Assembly (NCBI GenBank): GCA_054661495.1
Contig: BAAFSQ010000041.1
Span: forward strand, 1 to 32,000
Direction of reading: 5' to 3'
DNA: 32,000 bases
DNA from: Zygophlyctis sp. KS116
Lineage: Eukaryota > Fungi > Chytridiomycota
Shown in pieces: positions 9,223-20,700 of the stretch (positions within the stretch are counted from its first letter, which is position 1; each line of letters starts with the position of its first letter). The position numbers and the translations under genes are program-made. Below the pieces are notes generated by a model. That model was not told where the DNA came from and ran no database searches. It saw only the letters and a list, made by a program, of their open reading frames with translations.

Positions 9223-11128
9223 ATGAATTTTATAAATACATTCACTAGCAGTTTAATTACGACAAATTCGGACAAACAGGACAATGGAGCAATCAAAGAT
9301 CCTAAAGAGCCTCAACTTATACAAGGATTTTATGTAAATGTAGATTATAATTGCCCCAATGTCAAGTGTTTATTGTTCTCATCAGAATCTGCTCTTCTTC
9401 TCGACTACAGTGGAAATAATCCAAATGATTTTATTTCTACTAAAAGCTATTATGCAATGAATTATGGGGGCTCTCAGTTTGGAGTATGGAATGGACAGTT
9501 AGGAGATGGACGAGTGTTGCATCATGGAGATGTAAGAAATACTAAAGGACAGATTTGGGATATTTCGATCAAGGGAACCGGAAAAACGCCATTTTCACGA
9601 TATGGGGATGGTCTATTAACTCTTAAAAGCGCATTAAGAGAATATTTAGGATTGGAATATCTTTCAGCTCTAGGGATTCCTACAACTAGAGCATTGGCTT
9701 TATACTCGACCGGACAAAATATTTCAAGGAAAAATGGACAAGGAGAAATTGAGTCGATTGGTCCTGGTGGTAATATATTTTAGAATTAATAATAACAGGA
9801 ATTATCGCAAGAATATCTCCTTCTTGGATTAGATTTGGACAATTTCAGCTTTTTTATTTAAGAGGAGATTATCAGAGGTTGTTACAACTAACAGATTATG
9901 TAATCGAAACGTTTTATCCAAATTTATCAAACTATTCAGGAATTGAAGACAATTTAAAGGATGTGACTCCTCAAATCAAAAACAAGTATGCTTTATTGTT
10001 TGAAAATATTGTGAAAGACTCTGCACTATTGGTTGCAAAATGGCAGGCTGCTGGATTCGTTCATGGCGTTTTAAATTCGGAAAACTTGTCTATTCATTCT
10101 CAGTCTTTACATTTAGGACCTTTTGCTTTTTTAGACTTGTATGATCCTAGTTTTTCTCCAAATTTAACTGGTAATTTTAGAATTTAACAAAAATAGATCA
10201 TACAGCACGGTATAAATTTGAATCACAACCATCCGTAATGTATTCTAATCTATTAGCACTTGGAAAAGCTCTTTGTACTTTTTTTGTATCAGAGAATACA
10301 GACAAGGAATTACTATTGAAATGGGTAAAATCATTACCAATACAACTCATATCATCATCAGTAATGACTGTTGGAGGATCTAAATCACTCTTAATAGATC
10401 ATATATCTGTAGCCGACATGATTAACCGATATATTTTATCAGAATTTAATAATCTATTTCTAAACTATTTCATTCAAGAAATGGAAAAGGTATCATTTTC
10501 TAAATTTATAAAATAGAAGCTGGGATTTGAAAAAAGCATTGATTCTGATTATGAAAGTATAATAGTTCCTCTTTTACAGCTTTTAGCTGATTCCAGAGCA
10601 GATTATTCATGTTTTTTCAGACTACTAAACTCATTTTCAACATTAGAAACAAAGTTTAAATCTCAAATTGATTATTCAAACAATACTATTGATGAAAAAA
10701 AATCACCAATCCTCTTTCTTTTAGTGGCCGGACATTCAAATTTTGTTGAAGAATTTCCAAATCACCCAGTTTCAAAAGAAGAAATAGTCCAATCATGGAC
10801 TGAATGGGCTAAACTGTATAGAGATAGACTATTATTAGAGCTTGAACCAGCAAATTCTGATTCAAATTTTGACTCTTGTCGATGTAAAAGAATGAATTTG
10901 GTCAATCCCAAATATTCTCTCAAGAGTTGGATCATGTCTGAAATATGTGACTCTGCAGACGAATCTCTTAAATCTGTATCTAAAATCAAACAAGCGATTC
11001 GTATTCTTATTGATGATATTTGGGGGACACAATCAGACTTTTCTATTGAAGATCGACGTGTTTCTAATGCATGGAGCCGTCCGTGTTATGATAAGCCATC
11101 CAACCAGTTTAACCTCAACTGCCCATAG
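9223..11128 (+). CDS. SelO/YdiU/Fmp40-family AMPylase homologue with substituted catalytic residues
   Basis: YGGSQFGVWNGQLGDGR, KGTGKTPFSRYGDG, REYL, LGIPTTRAL, RISPSWIRFGQF, WQAAGFVHGVLN, MNLVNPKY. Introns 9770-9798, 10171-10196, 10490-10516. Confidence 0.9.
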
Positions 11129-11220
11129 CTACAATACTTCTGCTACGACCGATGCACATGGTTGACTTGAGCAGACTGGGTGGGCAGATATTCTGTAGGT
11201 GCGAGCGTAGGAATCATTAA

Positions 11221-13775
11221 ATGGACTGGAGCAAATCGTCTGGATGGATGGTAATAGACTCAAAGTTTTTAAAGTAAATAAGATATTTTTAATTAAAGCG
11301 AGTCTGACCGATATCTTGCATTGATACATTCTAGCGGATCTCCGTTTGATTTTAGATCGGCCAAGAAATTGAATCTTCCTCCCAATTTATGCAATGATGA
11401 GATTTCTAAAATTCTTTTCAGCACCGATGGAAATATGTTTGCTGTTGTTTTTAGCTCTGATATACTGATCTACGATGATTGTGATTTGATCTTTAAGGAA
11501 TCTTTTAATGATGTAATTACTGATTTTAAATGGATCTCTCAAAGCCATGGATATACTTTTACTGGAAATTTACCTTGCAAAACGGTATCTGAGGATTTTT
11601 CTCGTTCTAAAAGGATTGGACCGGGAGTCAAGGGAGGAGTTGGTTTTGTATACATGCTCAGATCAGGAGAGGTAATTGTTTTATATAATAGTAGCTGTCG
11701 ACAAGGTACACTTTTGGTCAAAATCAATGGAAAAATCTCAATATTCGAATTTTTAATCAGGGACCGCAATTGGCAATCATGGAATTGGCGTTTTTAGAAG
11801 GTACATTTTCTGTAAAGTAAAATTAAATCAAGAGAATTCAGTTACTCTTTGTTATATGTTGCATAAAGACTATCGAATTTTTTTACAAAAAGTAATTGTA
11901 GATTTGAACTTGAATTTGATAAGTCTTGGGACTTGTGAAACACTATATTCTGAAATTAATGGGGGTCAAATGAGTCCTTGTTTATTTAAATTTTTAAGTG
12001 ACTCTATATGTATAATGATTTATGATGCTGGGAATCAAGGATATCCTTTAGCGCTTTGGGAAAGAAATTCTTTAGATTCAACTTCGTCTTTTTTTGATTC
12101 ATTTCAAGATAAGGAAGTAGTGAAATGGAAATTAGCTAATCAATATTATTTTTCTCATAATGTGACAAGTATTAGAAGACGTGAATTATCTATTTGGATT
12201 GGCTTAGAGAATGGAAAGGTTTTTGAATTACAAGTTAAACCATGGAATATTCAAGAAAGAGATTTACAGTCTTATCCATTTTTAGATTCAACTTATTTTA
12301 TGAAGGATTCAAACAACTCTGTCTTTGATAGTCTCTCTGTGGATGGATCAAGTATGGATTCTGATGATTTGCGGTCAGTTGGTCCTGTCAGATTTTTAAT
12401 GGAGTCGCCAAATGAGCTACTTGTTCTTTCTGTTCATCAAGAATCTAGAAGATGGAAGTTTTCAATTAATCATTTTTTGGGAATTATGGATACACAAGGT
12501 AGTTATAAATGATTTACACTCAGTCGATATTATAATTGATCAATTTCACGCAAACTCTATTTTGTCGTGTTTAAATAGAACTGATGAAAAGGATTTGGCA
12601 TATTTTGCTGCTCAATTGACGCAGACCATCCCGTATCCTAGTATAATTTTTGATTCCTAAAAGAATAGATCTGGTTGAAGATGTTCTTGAACGGCTGTTT
12701 GCATCATTTGAAAATAAATTAGGCACACAATTTCCTATAATTAGTCCTGGAAGTTTATTTCAAAGATTATTAAGATTTCAGCTACTTTTATACAGGTTTA
12801 ATATAAATAATTGATTTAATTAGGTATGCGAAAAAGGAAGTGCAATTTGTCAATACTTTTTGTGCATGTCAAATATCTTTTATTCTAGATAGAATTTATT
12901 CCCAGTTTACCAACCCTTTTGGAGTAATGGAAGCTATCGGTGCGATTACTGAATTTTAATTTTATAGGTAATCTTATTACTCCAGAAACTCTATATGCTA
13001 CTTCTGGACTAGAGCTATTAGTTAAAGATCGTAATTTCCAAATGGATAAACGTATATTCTAGTTTGATAATTTATAGAATCTCTTTTAAATATTGGTCCA
13101 TCAATAGCATGGATTCTAGAATTTTCAGTATTTTTACTCCGTCATGTGTATATTACTGATAAACTACAGGGAGAATCTGGACGATACATTTCTTTATTTT
13201 CTACAGAAAATACTAAAGCCAAACCAACGCCTTTAATTTACTTTTTCCATAGTCATCTTTCGAATACTCTGATTAAAGCACTATGGCTAATTCGATTGAT
13301 CAAAATGTATATTCAAATCCAAATGGGGAAAACAAATCTTGAATTTTGTCAAACTATTCTTAATATAATTGGACGTTCTAGAATATCAGAAGACAAGCTA
13401 ATTTCATTCTTGTATGAAACACAAAAGCTCCAATCTACTGAATCGGAATCTTCACTTCGCTCAATGTGGATATCAGGCTTATTACCAAGTAGTTATGAAC
13501 CTAAAATGGACATATTTTTTGATCTCTTTACCAAGTATCTACCCACAATTTTTAAGAATGGAAATGATTTATTTAGAAATTCTGAATTTTTGCAATTTAA
13601 GAAGATGGATCATGAAAGAGATGTAATACGTGATGTGATCTCTAAGCAACGGATATCTCCAGTATACCATTGTGGACACTGTGGAGGATATAGTGGTGGT
13701 GCAAATGAACTTTGTGTATGTGGGGGAAGTTGGGGTTACGTCAAGTTTGTGACTGACGTAAGAACCAACGCATAA
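11221..13775 (+). CDS. MED16: Mediator subunit 16 (Sin4)-like protein
   Basis: N-terminal MDWSKSSGWMV, beta-propeller-like first half, helical middle, C-terminal CGHC...CVCGGSW. Eight introns (11274-11298, 11672-11694, 11801-11832, 12499-12523, 12641-12668, 12796-12823, 12940-12967, 13052-13077) give one frame; a few boundaries have alternatives. Confidence 0.7.
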
Positions 13776-16700
13776 TGTTATTAGCCGAAGATGATGATAC
13801 AGGAATGATCTCTCGGACAATCCATTTCAATGATCCGATTAAGAATAATCTTCAGAAATTTCTCCATAATCGGATAACTACTGGGAAATATAATATTTTT
13901 AGTTTTATATTTTTGTTTTTGTGGGAGCAATTCTCAAAATATGCAAATATATTCTTTTTATCAATTGCATTAATCCAGGTATGTAATATATTATTAATAA
14001 TAGCAAATCCCTGATCTTTCGCCGACCAATCGGTTTGGCACTGTGATTCCATTGTCGATTGTTGTTATTATTTCCGCTGTCAAGGAAATCATGGAAGATC
14101 TTAAGCGTCACAAGGCAGATGCTGAAGTTAATGCTAGATTTGTCAATGCTCTTCATGGATCAACATTTGTGCCGAAACGATGGCGGGAAGTTGTAGTCGG
14201 AGATATTGTTCGCATTGAAAACGGGCAATTCTTTCCTGCAGACTTGATTCTATTAAGTTCGAGTGAACCAGATGGCTTATGTTATATTGAAACATCTAAT
14301 TTGGATGGGTAATTTAATACTATTTTACATTTTAGTGAAACTAATTTGAAAATTAGGCAGGCATTATCAGAAACAAGTGAATTGGTCTCTCCTGAACAGA
14401 TATCATTAGTTGATGGTAAGGCATTTTAGTCTATAATACTTTAGGTTTAATTAAATCAGAATTACCAAATAATAGCTTGTATACTTTTGAAGGAACTCTA
14501 CGATTAAGGGGAAAAGAAGTTCCATTAAATCCAGATCAGTTGCTGCTTAGAGTATGATGTTAGATATTAAAGATTAGGGAGCCCAATTAAGAAATAGTAG
14601 ATGGGTATATGGTATTGTTGTTTTCACTGGACATGAAACAAAGTTAATGAAGAATTCAACGTAAGACATGATTAAATTAAGATTTAAGAAAAACTCCTGC
14701 TAAATCCACAAAAGTTGATAAAATGGTGAATCATCATATTTCATTTTTGTTTTTTATTTTATTGGCAATGGCATTCTTTTGTGCTTCTGGGCTTTTAGTT
14801 AGACAAGTAAGGTTTCTTGCCTGATTATCTAGTTAAACCACTCATTTGAATCAAACATTCTTTTTCAAGATCCATCTGGAGCATGGGGGCGTTTCTTTTT
14901 TAGTATCTTGACATTTATCATCCTTTACAATAATTTAATTCCTCTAAGGTAGTTATTTCTATTTAAATTTTCTAGTTTGATTGTTACTATGGAAATAGTA
15001 AAATATTTTGTTGGGATGTTGATAAATTCTGACATGGATATGTATCATGAAGAATCAAATACCCCTGCTGCTGCTCGAACATCTTCTCTTGTTGAGGAAC
15101 TTGGTCAGGTGGATTATGTTTTTTCAGATAAAACTGGGACATTGACTTGTAATGTCATGGAATTTAAAATGGTTTCTATTGCTGGTGTTGCTTATGCTGA
15201 GGTTGTTCCTGATGAAAAAAAGCCAAGAATAGACGAGAACGGAAAACAAGTGGTAATTATTTTGATCCTGACGTGAAAGGGCTGGTATGATTTTGAAAGG
15301 CTTAAAAGTTTTGAAACCTCACATCCTACTGGACACATTATTCAAGAGTTTTTACAGCTTTTGTCTGTTTGCCATACTGTTATTCCCGAAGAAAGTGAGG
15401 ATGAACCTGGAAAGATTATCTTTCAGGCATCTTCACCTGATGAAGCCGCTCTAGTAAAAGGAGCACAATCTTTGGGATATATTTTTACAACCAGAAGACC
15501 CCGCTCAGTTTCTATTCTTCATAATGGAATTGCTCAAGAGTGGGAAATTTTGAATATTTGTGAATTTAATTCTACAAGGAAAAGAATGTCTGCGGTAGTA
15601 CGAGATCCGCAAGGCAAAATTAAGCTTTATATCAAAGGAGCGGACACTGTGATTCTGGAACGACTAAAGCCTGATAATCCTTATATTGATGCCACATTAG
15701 TACATTTGGAGGTATATATATGAATCTTACTTTTAAGGAATATGCCAGTGATGGTTTAAGAACACTTTGCATTGCTTACAGAGATGTTTCTGATGAAGAG
15801 TACGCGGAATGGTCGACTATTTATGATAAAGCTGCAAATACTATCAATAATCGCTCATCAGAATTAGATAAAGCTGCCGAACTCATTGAGAAAGACTTAT
15901 TTTTATTAGGAGCTACTGCAATTGAGGACAAACTCCAAAATGGTGTCCCTGAAACAATTCATACTTTGGCTACAGCTGGAATTAAAATTTGGGTGTTAAC
16001 TGGTGATCGTCAAGAAACTGCTATCAATATTGGATATTCATGTAAATTGTTAACGGAAGAAATGACGTTGATTGTTTGCAACGAAAAGACACATTTTGAA
16101 ACCAAAGAATTCTTGGAGAAGAAGCTGCTGGCTGTAAAAACTGGGCTAATGGGATTGGGAATTGAAAATGAGACTGCAGAAAAGAATGGTAAATACAGTT
16201 TTCTTGGATTTGGGATTTCAAGAAAGCCAATTATGAGCAAAAATCAGGATGTTGATATTGAAGTAATTCTTATTTTCTTAAAGTTAGCCCCTTGCTTTAA
16301 TCATTGATGGACGATCTCTTGGATTTGCTCTAGAAGATGACATCAAACTGATATTTTTAGAACTGGCTACCCTCTGCAAAGCTGTAGTATGCTGCAGAGT
16401 ATCTCCTCTTCAAAAGGCATTAGTAGTTAAACTAGTCAAGAAGAATATACGAGAATCTGTGACTCTTGCAATCGGTGATGGTGCAAACGATGTAGGAATG
16501 ATTCAAGCTGCGCATGTCGGGGTTGGTATTTCTGGAATGGAAGGACTTCAAGCTGCTCGTTCAGCTGATTTTGCGATCGCGCAGTTCCGTTATCTTCAAA
16601 AGCTGCTTCTAGTTCATGGTGGTTGGTCATACGCTAAAATGAGTAAATTAGTTTTGTATAGTTTCTATAAAAACATTACTCTATATCTCATACAGCTATG

Positions 16701-17543
16701 GTTTGCGATTGACAATGGATTTTCTGGCCAAGTAATTATTTTTACCTTTAATATTAGACTCTTTTTGAAACTTGGACTCAATCTTGCTACAATATTGTAT
16801 TTGCATTTTTCCAGCCAATGGCGATTGGAATATTTGATCAATATGTAAACTCTAGGATGGTTTATAGATATCCTCAACTTTATAGGCTTGGTCAAGATTC
16901 CTTTTTTTATAATTCTAAAACATTTTGGGGCATGATTGGAACCTGTTTTTTACAATCCTTGATAATATATTATGGCTTATCACTAGCATATGGAGAATCT
17001 GCAATAAACACATCTGGCTATTCATCCAACAATTGGGTATTAGGAGAGATGGTTTTTACAGCTGATCTTATATCTATTACAATACGTGCTGCATTAGTAG
17101 TAACAATCTGGAACAAGTTTACAATATTTGCAGTCATTGGAAGTATTGTATTATGGTTTATTCTATTCCCAATCTATGGAGTTGTTGGACCCATGATTCG
17201 CCTTGGTCCTGAACTCCAAGGCATGGTTCCTATATTATTTTCATCTGCAGTATTTTGGTTTGGAATTTTCCTTATTCCTATTGCGGCCAATCTCCGTGAC
17301 TATACATGGAAACATATTCAGAGAATATATTACCCCTCTAGTTACCATATTGTACAAGAAATACAAAAATACAACATCCCAGACTACCGACCTAGAATGG
17401 AACTTTTCCGTAAAGCAGTTCATAAAGTACGATTGGTAGCAAGACAAAAACGTAGTCGTGGATTTGCATTTTCTCAAGGGGATTCTGGCCAGGCTAATTT
17501 AATACGCATCTATGATACAACAAGAAGAAAGCCCAAGGGATAA
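13775..17543 (+). CDS. DRS2: P4-type ATPase, phospholipid flippase (Drs2/ATP8A clade)
   Basis: [75 protein letters not shown]-terminal RGFAFSQ and YDTT. Eleven introns of 25-29 nt (13979-14003, 14309-14335, 14416-14444, 14552-14577, 14661-14688, 14807-14832, 14949-14975, 15253-15279, 15712-15737, 16263-16287, 16732-16757). Confidence 0.95.
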
Positions 17544-17638
17544 AACAACAATATTATCATTTTTTGGAATTTAGATTTTTCAAATACTTTATGAGTATCC
17601 CACCACCATCTTAGTATAACACCTACTGGGAAGGTTTT

Positions 17639-17717
17639 ACCATAGGTTAGCATGGACATAACCATGGACACTGGATACTAACCATAGATAAACCATGGAT
17701 ACTAACCATGGACACTG
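17639..17717. repeat. Degenerate tandem array of (TA)ACCATGGA(C/T)A units upstream of RPB1
   Basis: About six accat(g/a)g-like units at roughly 11-20 bp spacing, containing the palindrome CCATGG. Confidence 0.75.
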
Positions 17718-17776
17718 AGAATTTAGGACTTTTTCTAGGAAAAACAACTGAAAAAACCTAAAATTGTTAAAAAAAT

Positions 17777-20700
17777 ATGAGTGGATTGTATGGATTCAGT
17801 CATTCCTCTGCTCCTACAAAACTAGTGTCGTCTGTCCAGTTCTCAATTCTCTCTCCTGAAGAAATTGTATTTTACTCTATTTTTAAATTTAGAAATCAAT
17901 TTCTGTTGCTAAAATTACAACTTATGAAACAATGGATGGAGATAAACCGAAAATGGGAGGACTGCTAGACCCAAGGTTGGGAACAATAGATAGAAACTAC
18001 AAATGTTTAACTTGTGGTGAAAATATGACTGAATGTCCTGGGCATTTTGGTCATTTAGAACTCTCAAAACCAGTATATCATGGTGGTTACATCTCTAAAG
18101 TAAAGAAAATATTAGAGTCGGTTTGCTTTAATTGTTCAAAGCTAAAGGTATGTTTTAAAATATTTTAAATAAAGGTGGATGTTTCAAATGAGAAATTTAA
18201 AAAGGCCAAGAATTACAAGGATAAAAAAATGAGATTTCAGGCAGTTTGGGAAATTGCAAAAGTGAAAAATATATGTGAAGAAGATTCTGAAAAATGTAAA
18301 CATGGAGGTTGTGGTCAAAGGCAACCAATTTTTAGAAAAGAAGGTTTTAGAATTAATGCACATTTTAAAAGTTATACAGACTCTGAACAAGGTGCAGTAG
18401 AGGCTAGAGTTGTAAATTTGTCACCAGATTCGGTTTTAAAGATTTTAAGAGCTATTTCTGACAAGGATATTGTAGATTTGGGTTTAGATCCTAAATTTGC
18501 AAGGCCTGAATGGATGATTTTGACAGCTTTAGGGATTCCTCCAATGACTGTTAGACCTTCTATTTCTGTTGATGGACTATCAAGAGGTGAAGATGATTTG
18601 ACTCATAAGTTGATGGATGTAATAAAGGCTAATAATGCTTTACAAAGGTTTGAAACTGAAGTAAGAATTGTTTGAATTCTAATTCTTTTAGGGTGTTAAT
18701 GATTTGGTTCTTTCTGAATTTGAAGATTTATTACAATTTCATATTGCTACTTACATGGATAATGATATTGCTGGATTACCACAAGCTTTGCAAAAGAGTG
18801 GTCGTCCCGTAAGATTGATATTGTTAAAATTAGATAAAATCAATTCGTGCAAGATTAAAGGGTAAAGAAGGGAGATTAAGAGGAAATTTAATGGGTAAAA
18901 GAGTAGATTTCTCGGCTCGTACAGTTATTACTGGTGATCCTAATTTATCAATTGATGAAGTTGGGGTTCCAAGATCTATTGCTCGAAATTTGACTTTTCC
19001 TGAATCCGTTACTCCTTACAATATTGAAAGATTGCAAGAAGCGGTTCGTAATGGTCCCTCTGAACATCCAGGTGCTAAATATGTCATTAGAGATAATGGG
19101 GAACGAATAGATTTAAGATATTCGAAAAGAGGAGGTGATATTCCTCTCCAATTTGGCTACAAGGTTGAAAGGCACTTAGTTGACGGCGATTTGGTTATTT
19201 TCAATCGTCAACCTTCTCTTCACAAAATGTCTATGATGGGTCATAAGATAAGGGTAATGCCATACTCTACATTTAGACTTAATCTGTCTGTTACTTCCCC
19301 TTACAATGCCGATTTCGATGGAGATGAAATGAATCTTCATGTTCCACAGTCATATGAAACAAGAGCGGAAATTCAAGAACTCTGTATGGTTCCAAAACAA
19401 ATCATTTCTCCTCAAAAGAATGCACCTGTAATGGGTATAGTCCAGGATACTCTATGTGGAATCCGTAAGTTCACAAAGCGTGACAATTTCATCACCAAAC
19501 CACTGCTTATGAATCTGCTGATGTGGCTACCGGACTGGGACGGTGTAATTCCAACACCAGCCATACTTAAGCCAGTTCCTATGTGGACAGGAAAACAAGT
19601 CGTTACGCTTCTTATTCCCCGGATCAATTTGATTGGATTTCATTCATCTCATCCTGATAATGAGGATACTGATATTTCTCCCGGAGACACCAAAGTTATA
19701 ATTGAGGACGGCGATTTACTTGCCGGAATTCTTTGTAAAAGAACTGTTGGATCCTCTGCAAACGGTATAATTCATACGATTATGAATGAGCATGGCCCTG
19801 AGCTTGCAAAAGGTTTCTTTAATGGAAGTCAGTTGGTGGTCAACTACTGGCTACTACAGAATGGATTTTCTATTGGAATTGGTGACACTATTGCAGATAG
19901 ATCTACTATGGATACCATTAATGACACAATCGCTCAAGCCAAACGTGAAGTGAATAAAATCATAGACAAGGCTCAGAAAGACACTCTGGAAGTTTTGCCT
20001 GGAATGACAATCCGGGAATCATTTGAGTCATTAGTGAATAAGGAACTGAATCGTGCTCGTGATAATGCTGGGAAATCTGCTGAAAAGTCTCTTAAAGAAT
20101 ATAATAATGTCAAACAAATGGTAGTTTCTGGTTCAAAAGGCTCATTTATCAATATTTCTCAAATGACTGCTTGTGTCGGTCAGCAGAATGTAGAAGGTAA
20201 ACGAATTCCATTTGGATTCAAGGATCGCACACTTCCTCACTTTACAAAAGATGACCACTCTCCAGAATCTCGTGGTTTTGTGGAGAATTCCTATCTAAGA
20301 GGTCTCACACCTCAAGAATTCTTCTTCCATGCAATGGGTGGAAGAGAAGGTCTAATTGATACTGCAGTAAAAACTGCAGAAACAGGATATATACAACGTC
20401 GTTTAGTTAAAGCTCTTGAAGATGTTATGGTAAACTATGACGGGACTGTTAGGAACTCTTTGGGAGATGTTGTACAGTTTGCATATGGTGAGGATGGTAT
20501 GGACGGTGCACGTGTGGAACGTCAGCTTTTAAGAAGTTTTATCACTTCCAAGGAAGATTTCTATAGAAGATATTTCATCGATTTGACATCTCCTCAGCCT
20601 TTCAAGCATAATTCTTTAGAATATCGGATAATGGAAGATATCTCTCAAAATAAAGAGAAGCAAGATATATTGATACAGGAGTTTGAACAGCTAATTATTG

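Noticed and set aside
11100-11170. SelO C-terminal selenocysteine
   Set aside because: The frame ends NCP-TAG. The nearby TGAs at 11163-11170 lie beyond the stop and are not reached in frame, with no linking intron, and no SECIS core is seen.
11191-11219. TTCTGTAGGTGCGAGCGTAGGAATCATTA resembles the 3' end of 18S rRNA (TTCCGTAGGTGAACCTGCGGAAGGATCATTA)
   Set aside because: Short gapped similarity only, no flanking rDNA, and it directly precedes the MED16 start. Likely chance.
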